NCBI GenBank assembly: GCA_951406725.2
Contig: OX597817.1
Coordinates: 82,088,001-82,152,000, forward strand
Direction: 5' to 3'
Origin: Octopus vulgaris
Taxonomy: Eukaryota
Length of the DNA: 64,000 nt
Shown here: positions 14,561-26,149 of the stretch, one piece after another
Numbering within the stretch: the first letter of the stretch is position 1
How the letters are laid out: each line of letters starts with the position of its first letter
Translations under genes and position numbers: made by a program
Notes under the pieces: generated by a model
The model's database searches: none
Told to the model about the DNA's origin: nothing
What the model saw: the letters and a program-made list of their open reading frames with translations, nothing else

Positions 14561-14602
<42 letters not shown>

Positions 14603-15738
14603 TTATGTATTTATGTATGTATGTATGTATGTATGTATGTATGTATATATATATATATATCAAACTTCCCTAAATACTATCTGTAATTCTGCAATGACTC
14701 AAACGGAAAAATGTGTCGCTCAAGAAGGACTTCAGTCTGAACAATTTTCATGATGTTTCATATTTAGATGCTTTTATTAAATTCATTCAGTTGGATTTAA
14801 ATGGTTTTGATTTTGGCCAACACTGTATATATATATATATATATATATATAAGCATAACTACATATATGTACCACCTCGATTTTGTTGCCTCATAACTTC
14901 CAGAAAAATGGATACATTTTAACGAAATTCTGAACAAACTCCACTTAGAGTATATGGCGATTTGTTGCAGAGAAAGTTTCCGAGGAGTTGGGGAGAGGAG
15001 TATCAAAAAATTCACACGATCCGACATTTATTCCATCATAACTTTCAGGAAAATGGGTATATTCTAATGAAAATTTATACAAATACTCTTCAAACGTCAT
15101 AGATTACGACTATAAAGAATTTTGTGGTAAAATGTTCGAAAAGATGGAGTTTCGGGTCAGGAAGACAGACCACAAGAGCTGGAATTTCTCCGTTTTGATA
15201 GGGATTTTACCGATTTTTTTCCACCAAAAGCTTCGAAATGATGGGGGTGGGTTGGGATAGTGAGGGCATCTCTTTATGAACAAAAAGCTTTTAAATTCAT
15301 TTTTCTTTATTCTCCCCTCTCTCCATCCCACTGCGCACCGATTTGGGACAATTGTTTTTGTACTAAAAAACCATAGGAGGAGATTTATCGGTAAAAAAAA
15401 ATGTAAATATTTTTAGAGGAAAAAGTGTGTGATTTAAGGAAGATTTGGCTGGGAGGCAAGCTTCTTAAGCACATAACTACGTCTGCGCCTTGAGTTTTAC
15501 GTATACAAATGTGTTCCCTTATTTATATGTACTTATGTACTTATGTATGCATGTATGTATGTCTGTATATATATGTACATATGGTATGTTTGTATGTATA
15601 TATATATATATATATATCACAATCAAGGAACGGCCATAATAGGCCATTCACCCACTAGAAATAACAGCCAAAAGCTTTAACCGCAAAATAACGTCAATTC
15701 CGTAAACCAGGAGAAAATTAAAAAACATTTACCCTGTA

Positions 15739-15845
15739 ATTTCTTAGACGATGCACCGTTTCATCTACCGTTTAATGGAAAACTAACCTGATTGAATCAA
15801 ATCAAGCCAATCTACCATAGGCCCTTAGATTCATCAGTAAGAAAT
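15739..15845 (-). ncRNA. Type I hammerhead ribozyme with long stem II insertion
   Basis: Stem I AUUUCUUA/UAAGAAAU; core CUGAUGA; stem II AUCUA...UAGAU; GAAA; near-palindromic stem III CGGUGCAUCG; GUC cleavage triplet (cut between 15747 and 15746). Confidence 0.8.
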
Positions 15846-15888
15846 AGCCAAGCCGGAACAGATATTTTTCACGAGGCATTCTCGTTGC

Positions 15889-16256
15889 TACCTCGTCAAT
15901 ATCTGACCTAAAATTTTCAAATCGTCGCACTCGCGCCAAATTTATCGGCAGCAAATAAATATAAGCCGCCGATTCCATTACGGAATTAACCAGAAAATTC
16001 ATAATTAATCAATATAGGGTAAAAAAATTTTGTAGAATTCTTTTGCCACCAGCGGCCTAGTGGGAAAAAATGTTTTCCCACTAGGCCGCTGGTGGCAAAA
16101 GAATTCTACAAAATTTTTTTTGCCACCCTATATTGATTAATTATGAATTTTCTGGTTAATTCCGTAATGGAATCGGCGGCTTATATTTATTTGCTGCCGA
16201 TAAATTTGGCGCGAGTGCGACGATTTGAAAATTTTAGGTCAGATATTGACGAGGTA
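15889..16256. repeat. Near-perfect inverted repeat (about 180-bp arms, 4-nt spacer)
   Basis: 15889-16068 is the reverse complement of 16073-16256 apart from one small indel. Belongs to a (TA)n-flanked element at about 15618-16306. Confidence 0.95.
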
Positions 16257-16940
16257 TATATATATATTTCTTACTGATATATATATATATATATCGTCTA
16301 AGAAATATGTATGTATAGACACATACACACACACACATACATGTAGGTGCGTGAGTGTCAGAAATGCTTTACGGTATAGCTTCCGGCTCGCAACATTCTG
16401 AGTTTAAATTACATCTGTCTAGAGAAGGCCAGTATCCTCCAGGATCCTTCCACTTATGCATACATTCACAAGTAACTCACTGAATTCACAACGTCGCATC
16501 AAAGTCATACCGGGGTACACTCACTGTATGTATTCCACCTCCACTATAGACTCCAGATCCAAACGTATGGGAAGTTCCGTGTTAGGTGAAGAATAAATAA
16601 CATAGATGAGTTGCAGTTGATGTATGTGTATATAATATATTATTATATAACATAATGTATATATATATATATATATATATAAGTTTAACAATTAAGGATA
16701 ATCTCTAAATAAGGGATCTTAACAAGAAATTATCGGGTAGCTAGCGTGAAAACCTCATAAAAGAAAAGAATCCGAAAATAATTTTTTTCTTTTGAACAAA
16801 TTAATTATATCTATATTGTATAGAGGGCATTATTACACATAAATGCCTCACACTAGGAGGGACAAAGTCATTACTACCAAAATTATACTAATCATACCCA
16901 AATGCAGTTTTTCAAAGCAAGACATTTAAAAAATGAATTT

Positions 16941-16998
16941 AGTTCTGTATCACCGTGATTTCACATTCAACTTACGTCTAATGATCGTCAGCAGAACT
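16941..16998 (-). ncRNA. Type I hammerhead ribozyme (unit 1)
   Basis: AGUUCUG-CUGACGA-UCAUUAGAC(GUAA)GUUGAAUGU-GAAA-UCACGGUGA-UA-CAGAACU: 7-bp stem I, canonical core, GNRA-capped stem II, near-palindromic stem III, AUA triplet. Confidence 0.85.
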
Positions 16999-17420
16999 GA
17001 TTCTGAACACATCATAAATAAACTACCAACCTTACGTAGCGAAGACGAACAGACAACTGCTCACTCCGGCCAAGCACATGGAATGTTTATAAATCATATA
17101 TCCGGTAAATGGCGGGCTTTTTATGAACTGCATGTCGGGTAATGAAAAGTATTTCGGAATAAGTTTAACAATTAAGGATAATCTCTAAATAAGGGATCTT
17201 AACAAGAAATTATCGGGTAGCTAGCGTGAAAACCTCATAAAAGAAAAGAATCCGAAAATAATTTTTTTCTTTTGAACAAATTAATTATATCTATATTGTA
17301 TAGAGGGCATTATTACACATAAATGCCTCACACTAGGAGGGACAAAGTCATTACTACCAAAATTATACTAATCATACCCAAATGCAGTTTTTCAAAGCAA
17401 GACATTTAAAAAATGAATTT

Positions 17421-17478
17421 AGTTCTGTATCACCGTGATTTCACATTCAACTTACGTCTAATGATCGTCAGCAGAACT
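17421..17478 (-). ncRNA. Type I hammerhead ribozyme (unit 2)
   Basis: Identical to the unit 1 motif, exactly 480 nt away. Confidence 0.85.
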
Positions 17479-17870
17479 GATTCTGAACACATCATAAATA
17501 AACTACCAACCTTACGTAGCGAAGACGAACAGACAACTGCTCACTCCGGCCAAGCACATGGAATGTTTATAAATCATATATCCGGTAAATGGCGGGCTTT
17601 TTATGAACTGCATGTCGGGTAATGAAAAGTATTTCGGAATAAGTTTAACAATTAAGGATAATCTCTAAATAAGGGATCTTAACAAGAAATTATCGGGTAG
17701 CTAGCGTTATTCCGAAATACTTTTCATTACCCGACATGCAGTTCATAAAAAGCCCGCCATTTACCGGATATATGATTTATAAACATTCCATGTGCTTGGC
17801 CGGAGTGAGCAGTTGTCTGCTCGTCTTCGCTACGTAAGGTTGGTAGTTTATTTATGATGTGTTCAGAATC

Positions 17871-17928
17871 AGTTCTGCTGACGATCATTAGACGTAAGTT
17901 GAATGTGAAATCACGGTGATACAGAACT
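17871..17928 (+). ncRNA. Type I hammerhead ribozyme (inverted copy)
   Basis: Same motif read directly on the + strand; predicted cut after 17921. Confidence 0.85.
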
Positions 17929-18049
17929 AAATTCATTTTTTAAATGTCTTGCTTTGAAAAACTGCATTTGGGTATGATTAGTATAATTTTGGTAGTAATG
18001 ACTTTGTCCCTCCTAGTGTGAGGCATTTATGTGTAATAATGCCCTCTAT

Positions 18050-18096
<47 letters not shown>

Positions 18097-18333
18097 CCAA
18101 ATGAATAATAACAGACCTTAGATAATTGTCAGCTCCATCGTTTGTTATTATTCATTTGACTATAACACACCATAGAGATTTACGACACGTCGGAAACTCT
18201 GGAGTAAGCCAACAATGTATAATCACCGTAACGTGTGCTTCGGACCAGCAGCTAGGCGCTAAATACTCATATGGCTGGTTTTCTCTGTGTACCAGAACTC
18301 ATCTTTTCAAGTAACCGATTCTCTCTGAATCCT

Positions 18334-18379
<46 letters not shown>

Positions 18380-18480
18380 ATGCGCGCGCACACACACTCA
18401 CACACACACTCACACACACACACTCACACACACACACTCACACACACACACACAAATACACACACGTTTATATAAATTAC

Positions 18481-18757
18481 CTGAGAGCGTCTGCAGTATT
18501 CGTAGAGCCAGCTTTGTACTTGACGTTCGATATAGCTTTGTCCAACTCTGATGCGTTGAAATATTTGTTCAAATGGAACTCAAGTACAGAGTTATCAGAA
18601 AAAGTGACCAGTCCTACTCTGACATCATCTTTACCTATGTCGAACGATTGTACCATACGATGAACAAAAGTCAGCATTAACTTGTAGCTATGTTCATCCA
18701 CACTTGCCGAAGTGTCCAGTGCAAATATTATATCAGCCATCGTGCGATTGCAAACAA
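18481..18757 (-). CDS. Multi-VWA protein exon: VWA domain 4, N-terminal half
   Basis: ttttcag|TT GTT TGC AAT ... GCT CTC AG|gtaatt; 277 nt, phase 1-2; ADIIFALDTSAS ... GSTNTADALR. Confidence 0.92.
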
Positions 18758-19470
18758 CTGAAAAACAGAAACAAAAAATTATATGGATAATGACATTTAA
18801 CAGAAGACCGTCATACAATAATATTATGGTGTGATGGTAGGCTGAAAGAAGACACTACTCTAGGTAAATCAGTCGAGTTAGAAATAATAATAATTATATA
18901 TACAGTGAATAAAAGCACTCTCTATGCTGTTCATATGATAAAGCTAAACATTATATGTATCCACACACACACACACACACACACACATTACGCATCACTG
19001 TCCTCTTAGTGATGATAGCAACGTGATGTAGTACATCCTGTCGTGTGCTCGCGACTAAATTGGCTACCACATCGAGCTTGCTTGGTAAGGAAAGCAATTC
19101 TTTAGTTGGACACTTTGCAGGGCAAACAATAAAACTTGTCGAGAGGCGGATTACCTCGGGATCGTCAAATGACATCGAACAGCTGGGAGTGAGAAAACCC
19201 CTCCGCCATGTCTTTGTTAAGAGATATCTCTGGGAGAAGGAATATTCTGATATAACACATGCGCCTTCATTTGTATCTAATGAGACTACTTCTTTTTAGA
19301 CAAATGCTGCGTTGTTCAGAGAGTGGAATTGGTCTCATGCAAGGCAAAACATTAGGCACAGGCATCACTTGATGGCAGACTGTAGCTGAGAGAGATTAAA
19401 CACTCACTGAAAAATGGAATAATTAGCAAGTAATGCAGTGTTGAATACTTATTCTCACAGCTCGATTTTA

Positions 19471-19562
<92 letters not shown>

Positions 19563-19598
19563 ATATATTTACATATATATATTTACATATATATACAC

Positions 19599-19709
<111 letters not shown>

Positions 19710-22700
19710 GTGCCAAAAGTCACCTGACAGTAAATCAAACCCATTTAATTCCAAGATTTATCTATGTTTAACAACTGAATAAGTTTAATAAAAGCATCTA
19801 AATACGAAACACAATGAAAATTTATTCAAACTAAAGTTCTTCTTGAGCTGAAAAAAGAAAGAAACAAAATTGTATTCGATCACAACAAACCTATTATATT
19901 TTGAATAATTTTTTGAATTTGGAATGAGATTTTCCTCTGGCCACTCTTCAACGTATTTCGTTTGGTGAACATTTCTAACAAAATATTTTCATCTAATGAT
20001 CAAATCTATTTTACTGTAAATTATGAATTCTTTCGTGGGTATCGATACAGCTTAGTTGAGAGAACACTACACTGAAGGTTTTTGATTCAAGCCAAGAATT
20101 CGACTCACTGAAATTATTATTTTAAAAAAATGTCCATCGTTTCAGTTTGAGGAAGTAAGAGAAGGGTCTATTTCAATCTCATATTTTTCCATATCCACAA
20201 ATCAATGTAATTGTATATTTTTTTTACTGTCTAAATTTCATTATGGTCTTGCCCTTTCTATCCATGCATCAAATTCCAGATGCTTTTTTCTTTTTAGCTT
20301 AGATTCTTACATTTCCATTCAATTGAAAGCACTCTGTTCAATATATATGCAGTTCTAGAAGTGCTTTTTACGCTTCTAGTTGAAATCGTTTACCAGAATC
20401 AATTTAGCTTTTACATCCCTTCAGGGTATATAATATATCTACCATTAGCATTTGGCTTTGATACAAGAGACTATAACCTTCCTTCATTATGTTGCTTTCT
20501 ACTACTACTGATTGTGAGGATCACATCGTTAATATCTTTATCACTGCCTCCTTCCACTGCATGCCTTGCCACAAGCTGTTTAGCAATAAACATATGCAGT
20601 TTTCGTTATATATTTCCTGAGAATAACTTGCATAAGATGCATCAGCGAGTGACTAGTTTTAGTATTCTATATTATGAATATTTTAAGCTTTGCTTTTCAC
20701 TTTTACTCTGATCGATAGAAAAGCAGTTATAATGAAACAGGGAGTCGATTCACTCGACCATAACCTTCTCATATAAATGTGTGATTCTTTTCTTAGTCGT
20801 TGAACATAATTATCATTAGTAGCAAAGTGACAGTCTGATATGTGTCCGTATATTACTGATTTGTGGCTTTATATCAAACTGCTTTGACACGTCCTGGACA
20901 GGTCTGACTATAAGTCAACTATCTCGTGAACATCAGCCCATCGCCTTCCTTTGACCACAAAAAGAGTAGGTAATCTTCCTCAGGTAGTCTGGACAATAAA
21001 AGGAGTGGAGTGTATACAGTTGAAATGTTTGAAGATAGAACTTTCCTATTCAGGTTGAAATCTCATTAATTACGATTTGAAGAGAAAGGTGTAGCGAGAG
21101 TGCGTGGGGCTGCCCTTCGGTAAATGAGAGATAATGGAGAAACTGACAGGGGCTACTCGAATTGTGCGCCTGTAGTAGAAATAAGACCTGGAAGAAGGCA
21201 CTTGGTAGTCCGGGATTTATATTGACTACAGAAGCAGTACAAACGTTGGTGCAAAGTATAAGTATCGGTGGGCTCGATCGTTTCGTGGATGTCATCTAGG
21301 ACAGTCTGTACTGTCTCTTCTTGTAAACCTTAATGTAGAAGATCATAGACAATTTTCCAATAACTTGATATGGAAAGGCTCTAGGCGGGGCATTGCTTCT
21401 TCGGCTTGCTTCTTCGGCGTAAATTCTGCCATTACAGAAGTCCAGCGGTCAAATATTTAGATGCACACAGAGCGACGGAATCATCCAGGTTTTACTCACT
21501 CAAAGTCAGTGAATTGCCGACACGAAAATTTTTGTTGAAAATCTGCTATCACATGTAAGAAGAGTCTAGCTATCAACCAAGATTATTGTAAAGATCCATT
21601 TACTGCCCTCCCTTAGCTAGAATGGCTAGTTAGTCTCCGTCTGTCTATTGGTTATCGGGGAGCATGTTTTCTGGTTGATAGAGCTCAATGGTTAATGGAC
21701 AGAGCTTTCTTTTGTAGCTCTCGTTAACTTCTTCAAAACCCATTTAAAATGGAAGTTGAGGGTGAAGAGGGAGTCGCTGGTCTCCGGTGTGTTTAACGAA
21801 TGTTGGTAAAGGGCAATGTAACTCTCGATGTTAAACCAGTCAAATCTTGTTAAGTGTCGGACAAAATGCTTAGCGGAATTTATTCCCTCCTTACGTTCTG
21901 AGTTCAAATTTCGACGAGGTCGATTTTGCCTTCCATCTTTTCAAAATAAGTGCCAGTGATGCACTGTGATCGATGTAATCGACTAGTTCCCTCCCACCAA
22001 ATTTCAGGCCTCGTGCCTTTACAAGAAAGGATTGTTATTATTTTCATTATTATCATTACAACAACTACTACTACTTGGTTTCAAATTTTGGCACAAGGCC
22101 AGCAATTTGTAGAAGTAGTAGTAGTAGCAGCCCCAACAGTATAGATGTTAAGGTTAATGGCTACTATTAATAATTAATTTCAAAATGTCCTAAATGAGCT
22201 ATTGTTATTAAGATTCTAATTTTTCGGATTATTAACCTTAATATCCCCTCTGAAGTAAAGGTTAATTGTCAGGAAAATTAGAATCTAAATTAATATAATT
22301 AGTAGAAGGCCAGTAGAAGGTATAATCGGATAAAATATTTGCCTTCCCATATTTCATTGAAACTAATTAAAACTGGGAGCAATGCTGCCTTTCTTCCGTG
22401 AGGAATCGGTAAGATAAAATTCCAATTGAGTACAGATATCGATTTAATCCCTTATATTACCAAATTTCTATCTGCCTGTCCTTGTGTTTATATTTTAACC
22501 ATTATTATCTGGATTTCATCCTTGTGAAAACCAAGACTATGAATGCCAGAGACTGTGAAAAACGTCGGGTGTAGACCCGTCTGTACAAATCGGGCAATGT
22601 GATGGCTGGATTGTCCAGGGTAGCGTTCCGTAAAAGCTGTAAATCTATAACAATCAGCTGGGTAACTTATAGTAATCCTGACCTGGCAGAGCTACAGGGC

Positions 22701-23214
22701 GGCTCTACCAGTTCAAGCCAAACTTTGTAGTCTACAGTCGACTGGAAGATGAAATCTTTCTGCATGTATTCATTTAGTGGTCGATCGTTGTTCATTTGAG
22801 GTGTTTTGTGAAGCAACTCTTGTTATCTGTAGAACAGAACTGACTCTCAGTTGAGTCCACCGTGAAGATCCCCCAGCTGCCTTCTTTTTGCTGATAAGGC
22901 CACGTCAGAACATATTGTGTGGTGAACGCAACTGAAAATATTAAAGACTGACGCTTTCCTCTTTCGGCTAAGTTCGACTTGGAGAGGACGGTCAAGCTGA
23001 ATAAGAAGATACTTCCCCATTTACATTCCTTGAAAGGTTGGTTTGAATGGCGAATATGGCCCACGTGGACAAACCTGCTATAAGCACATGTCTGTAGACT
23101 GAAAAATAACAGTTGAGAGATGACAATTAGCCTTGACTCGAGCCTGTGGGTTTCTTTGGTTCGACTTCAATAACCTTTACCCTCTGGTCTTTTAATTTTT
23201 ATCGTATATATATT

Positions 23215-23578
23215 TTAGTTATTAAACTGCAGCCATGCTGGGACACCGCTTTGAAGAATTTTAATTGAACTAGTCGACCCACGTACTTAACATATATATA
23301 TATATATATTGTACTTATTCAGCCTCTTTTACCAAACCAGTAGGTTACAGGTACATAAACACACCAACACCGGTTGTCAAGTGGTGGTGGGAGACAAACA
23401 TACACACACGCATATATATCTACGGTAGGCTTCTTTCAATTTCTATATTCAAATTCATTCACAAGGCTTTGATTAACCCAAGGCCATAGTAGAAGACATT
23501 AACTCGATGTGCCACGCAGTGGGACTGAATCCAGAACCATGTGGTTGAAAAGCAGACTTCTTACCACACAGCCACATC
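23215..23578 (-). mobile_element. tRNA-derived SINE, family A
   Basis: Diverged reverse-complement copy. Confidence 0.7.
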
Positions 23579-24078
23579 TGGGCCTGGTCGGGACTTTCTG
23601 TCTTAGTATATTTTAATGCCATGTTTGTTATTTTCTTTTGCGTATTATGTAAATCTCCGCTCCATTCTATCTCGTTATTTGTATGGTCCTCAGTGTCTTC
23701 GGAACCTTAGGCTAATAAAGAAAAGTATTGTCCTGTATTATATTATATCTTGTATTATTCCCAGTGTTTGCAAGACCACATGGCAATCATGTCCTAATTC
23801 AAAACAACAAACAATAATACTCGGCCTGACTGATCAGCCAATGCTTTGTGGAGATGGAAGCTGTTTTTAGTAGGGACACACGCATTATATGATGTAAAGT
23901 GTCAACAAGGGATTGCAATGCTGACCTTGAGTTGAGAAGACCGCACTTATGCACACATATCATCAAATTTGGCGTCATTCGTTAAATTTTAATCTCTGAG
24001 CTTTTATATATCTCACCCTCCTCCCCTCACCTCACAACGTTACTGACATCAACGCGAACGTCGTTATAACCAGCGCTG

Positions 24079-24113
<35 letters not shown>

Positions 24114-24489
24114 CCATCATCGCCATCATCGTCGTCGTCATCATCGGCGTGGTCGTTGTTGTGGTCGTGGTTGTTGTTATCATCATCAATGATAACAAAT
24201 AACCCACGAGGAAGCTTGTACATAGTCGGTGATCGATCTGCTGGAAATACTAGTCAAATCTCGTTCAAGTCATGACATACTGTCTTAAAAGCTGAAAGTC
24301 TACATCGGATAATGTAGCTCGGGATATGAGAAATCTAAAACAAAATGGGACGGTCATGGCTGGATTGGAATACCTTTCGTCATATATCAACTCAATCAGG
24401 GCTGACCTGCGATTGGCTAAACGACAACACAAACTTTATAACAAACAACAACAACAACAGCCGTTATTAGTTGTAAAATTTTTACTTAC

Positions 24490-24528
24490 CGGGTGATTTA
24501 GTTGGTGGCAATGGAGTATATTTTTGGG
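24490..24528 (-). CDS. Multi-VWA protein linker microexon (AQKYTPLPPTKSP)
   Basis: tgtttccag|...TCA CCC G|gtaagt; 39 nt, phase 1-1. Confidence 0.85.
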
Positions 24529-25322
24529 CTGGAAACAGAAATGAAAATAGAAAACAAAAATATAAAAAATATATACAAATCATTTGTTCATAATTTCGTA
24601 AAATTATATTGCATTTTTTACATGTTCCAGTTATTGAACTGCGACCATGCTGAGGTGCCTTGAACTGTCTAGTCTAACAAATGAACCTCCAGTACTTATA
24701 TTTTTTAAAGGTTGGAACTTATTCAGTTGGATTCAACCCTCATGCAAACACTAACACAAATCTCCCCTCACGCACATGCACAGACGGACATACATATGAC
24801 GCACGTACACATGTTTAAAAGCTCACGCATCACTCACAGTCAGTATGACTTGGTGGTTTGAACCACGCTTTTGTTAATTATTTACGAAATCTCTGTAGTC
24901 GTGAGCAGATAAAAGTACTATTTCTGTCCATCTACCCTTTACCACGTGGCACATCGACGATTTGACAGCTGCAGGGACAAAGAGCTACATTTGTGGTCAG
25001 CTGGTACTCGTTTACGGCGCAGTAGTGGGAGCAACGTGAAATGAAGTGACTTGTTCGAGAATCGAACTCAAGAAGTGACTTGTTCGAGTCAGAAGCAATT
25101 ATGTGGACAAACAAATTAGATATGCTAAATATAACAGATTGGGTTATATTTAAAATATCTAACTTTTTTATCTGCATAATTGCCTCTATATCCGCTCAAC
25201 TTGATCCCTCTTACAACCATACTTTACCCCTTGGAATTGATCCCTTGTAAAGACATCGGAGTCTAATTTTTGAATTTTTTGAGCACTAGTAAGTGTTTCA
25301 GTATCTTCTGTACTGAATCTCA

Positions 25323-25370
<48 letters not shown>

Positions 25371-25582
25371 TTCTTTTTGTATAATTTAACACATTAATAA
25401 AAACTTTATTGCAGGTTTTATTCATCTGTTACTTATTTTAGATCCCCGTTCTGAAGTTCTAGGCCCTACTATAATATTGCTATGGCCTACCTGTGAGGCG
25501 TGTACCCTACCTTGAGAAACATTGATCTATAATCAAAACACCAACAAAATGCTTAACAAAGAAACAACAATCCATTACTGAC

Positions 25583-26149
25583 CTTCACATGCTTTTATCG
25601 CCAGTTCTTTTTGGATGCTACCGAAGGCCGAAAAGTCTGAGACAGTAAAGACATGATCCTTGTCAGGGTCACTAGCCATGTTGTTTAGTTCCTTTGTATT
25701 GACCCCAGATCCAACACCAATGGAAAATAATATCGTTCCAGCCTGTCTTAAAGCTTTTGCTTGAGCAGCAGTTGACAACGGATCGTTAGACTGACCGTCA
25801 GTGATAACAATAGCTATATTTGGTGCAGTAGGACGGTCCCCTGAGGCAGCCGTGAAAACACTACTCCGGAGCAAGCTGATAGCAGATGCTGTATTTGTAC
25901 TACCTTGGTAATAGGGGAGTTTGCTGATAGCATCTATAATTAGACTTCGGTTGAAATAGGTATTCAAGGCAAAATGCTGGACTGGTTGGTTTGAAAAAGA
26001 TGATACGCCAATTCTTACAGTGTCTTTACCGACATCAAAACCGTTTACCATATTCTTTACAAACTGAAGCATCTTCTGGAAATTGGAAGCTCCAACACTT
26101 CCTGATGAATCAAGGAGGAATACAATATCTGCCATGGATTGGTTGCATG
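25583..26149 (-). CDS. Multi-VWA protein exon: VWA domain 3
   Basis: ctttctag|CA TGC AAC ... TGT GAA G|gtcagt; 567 nt, phase 1-1; ADIVFLLDSSGS, TNT, ITDG. Confidence 0.93.

Larger units (their letters stand above)
12051..14566 (-). mobile_element. 5'-truncated Penelope-like retroelement with inverted pseudo-LTRs
   Basis: Near-identical inverted arms of about 470 bp (12051-12523 and 13972-14446) flank an RT/GIY-YIG ORF. A third short terminal copy lies at about 14508-14566 after a (TA)n tract. Confidence 0.9.
16681..18057 (-). mobile_element. Retrozyme-like / Penelope pLTR-like array: two 480-bp tandem units, a partial unit and an inverted copy
   Basis: 16681-17160 equals 17161-17640; partial unit 17641-17707; 17707-18057 is the reverse complement of about 17292-17643; (TA)n on both sides; one hammerhead per unit. 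Confidence 0.85.

Noticed and set aside
16681-17707. Tandem repeat as a CRISPR array
   Set aside because: Units are 480 bp and identical with no spacers, in a eukaryotic intron.
17820-17820. Single mismatch in the inverted copy as a reverse-transcribed A-to-I edit
   Set aside because: It is U-to-C in the ribozyme-sense strand, and one transition cannot be told from ordinary mutation or sequencing error.
16933-17936. Three identical 69-aa ORFs (MNLVLYHRD...)
   Set aside because: They are antisense to the hammerhead in each repeat copy, have no recognisable domain, and are identical only because of the duplication.
20830-23100. Higher-complexity segments resembling decayed retroelement coding sequence
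   Set aside because: No diagnostic motif could be read with confidence; left unannotated.
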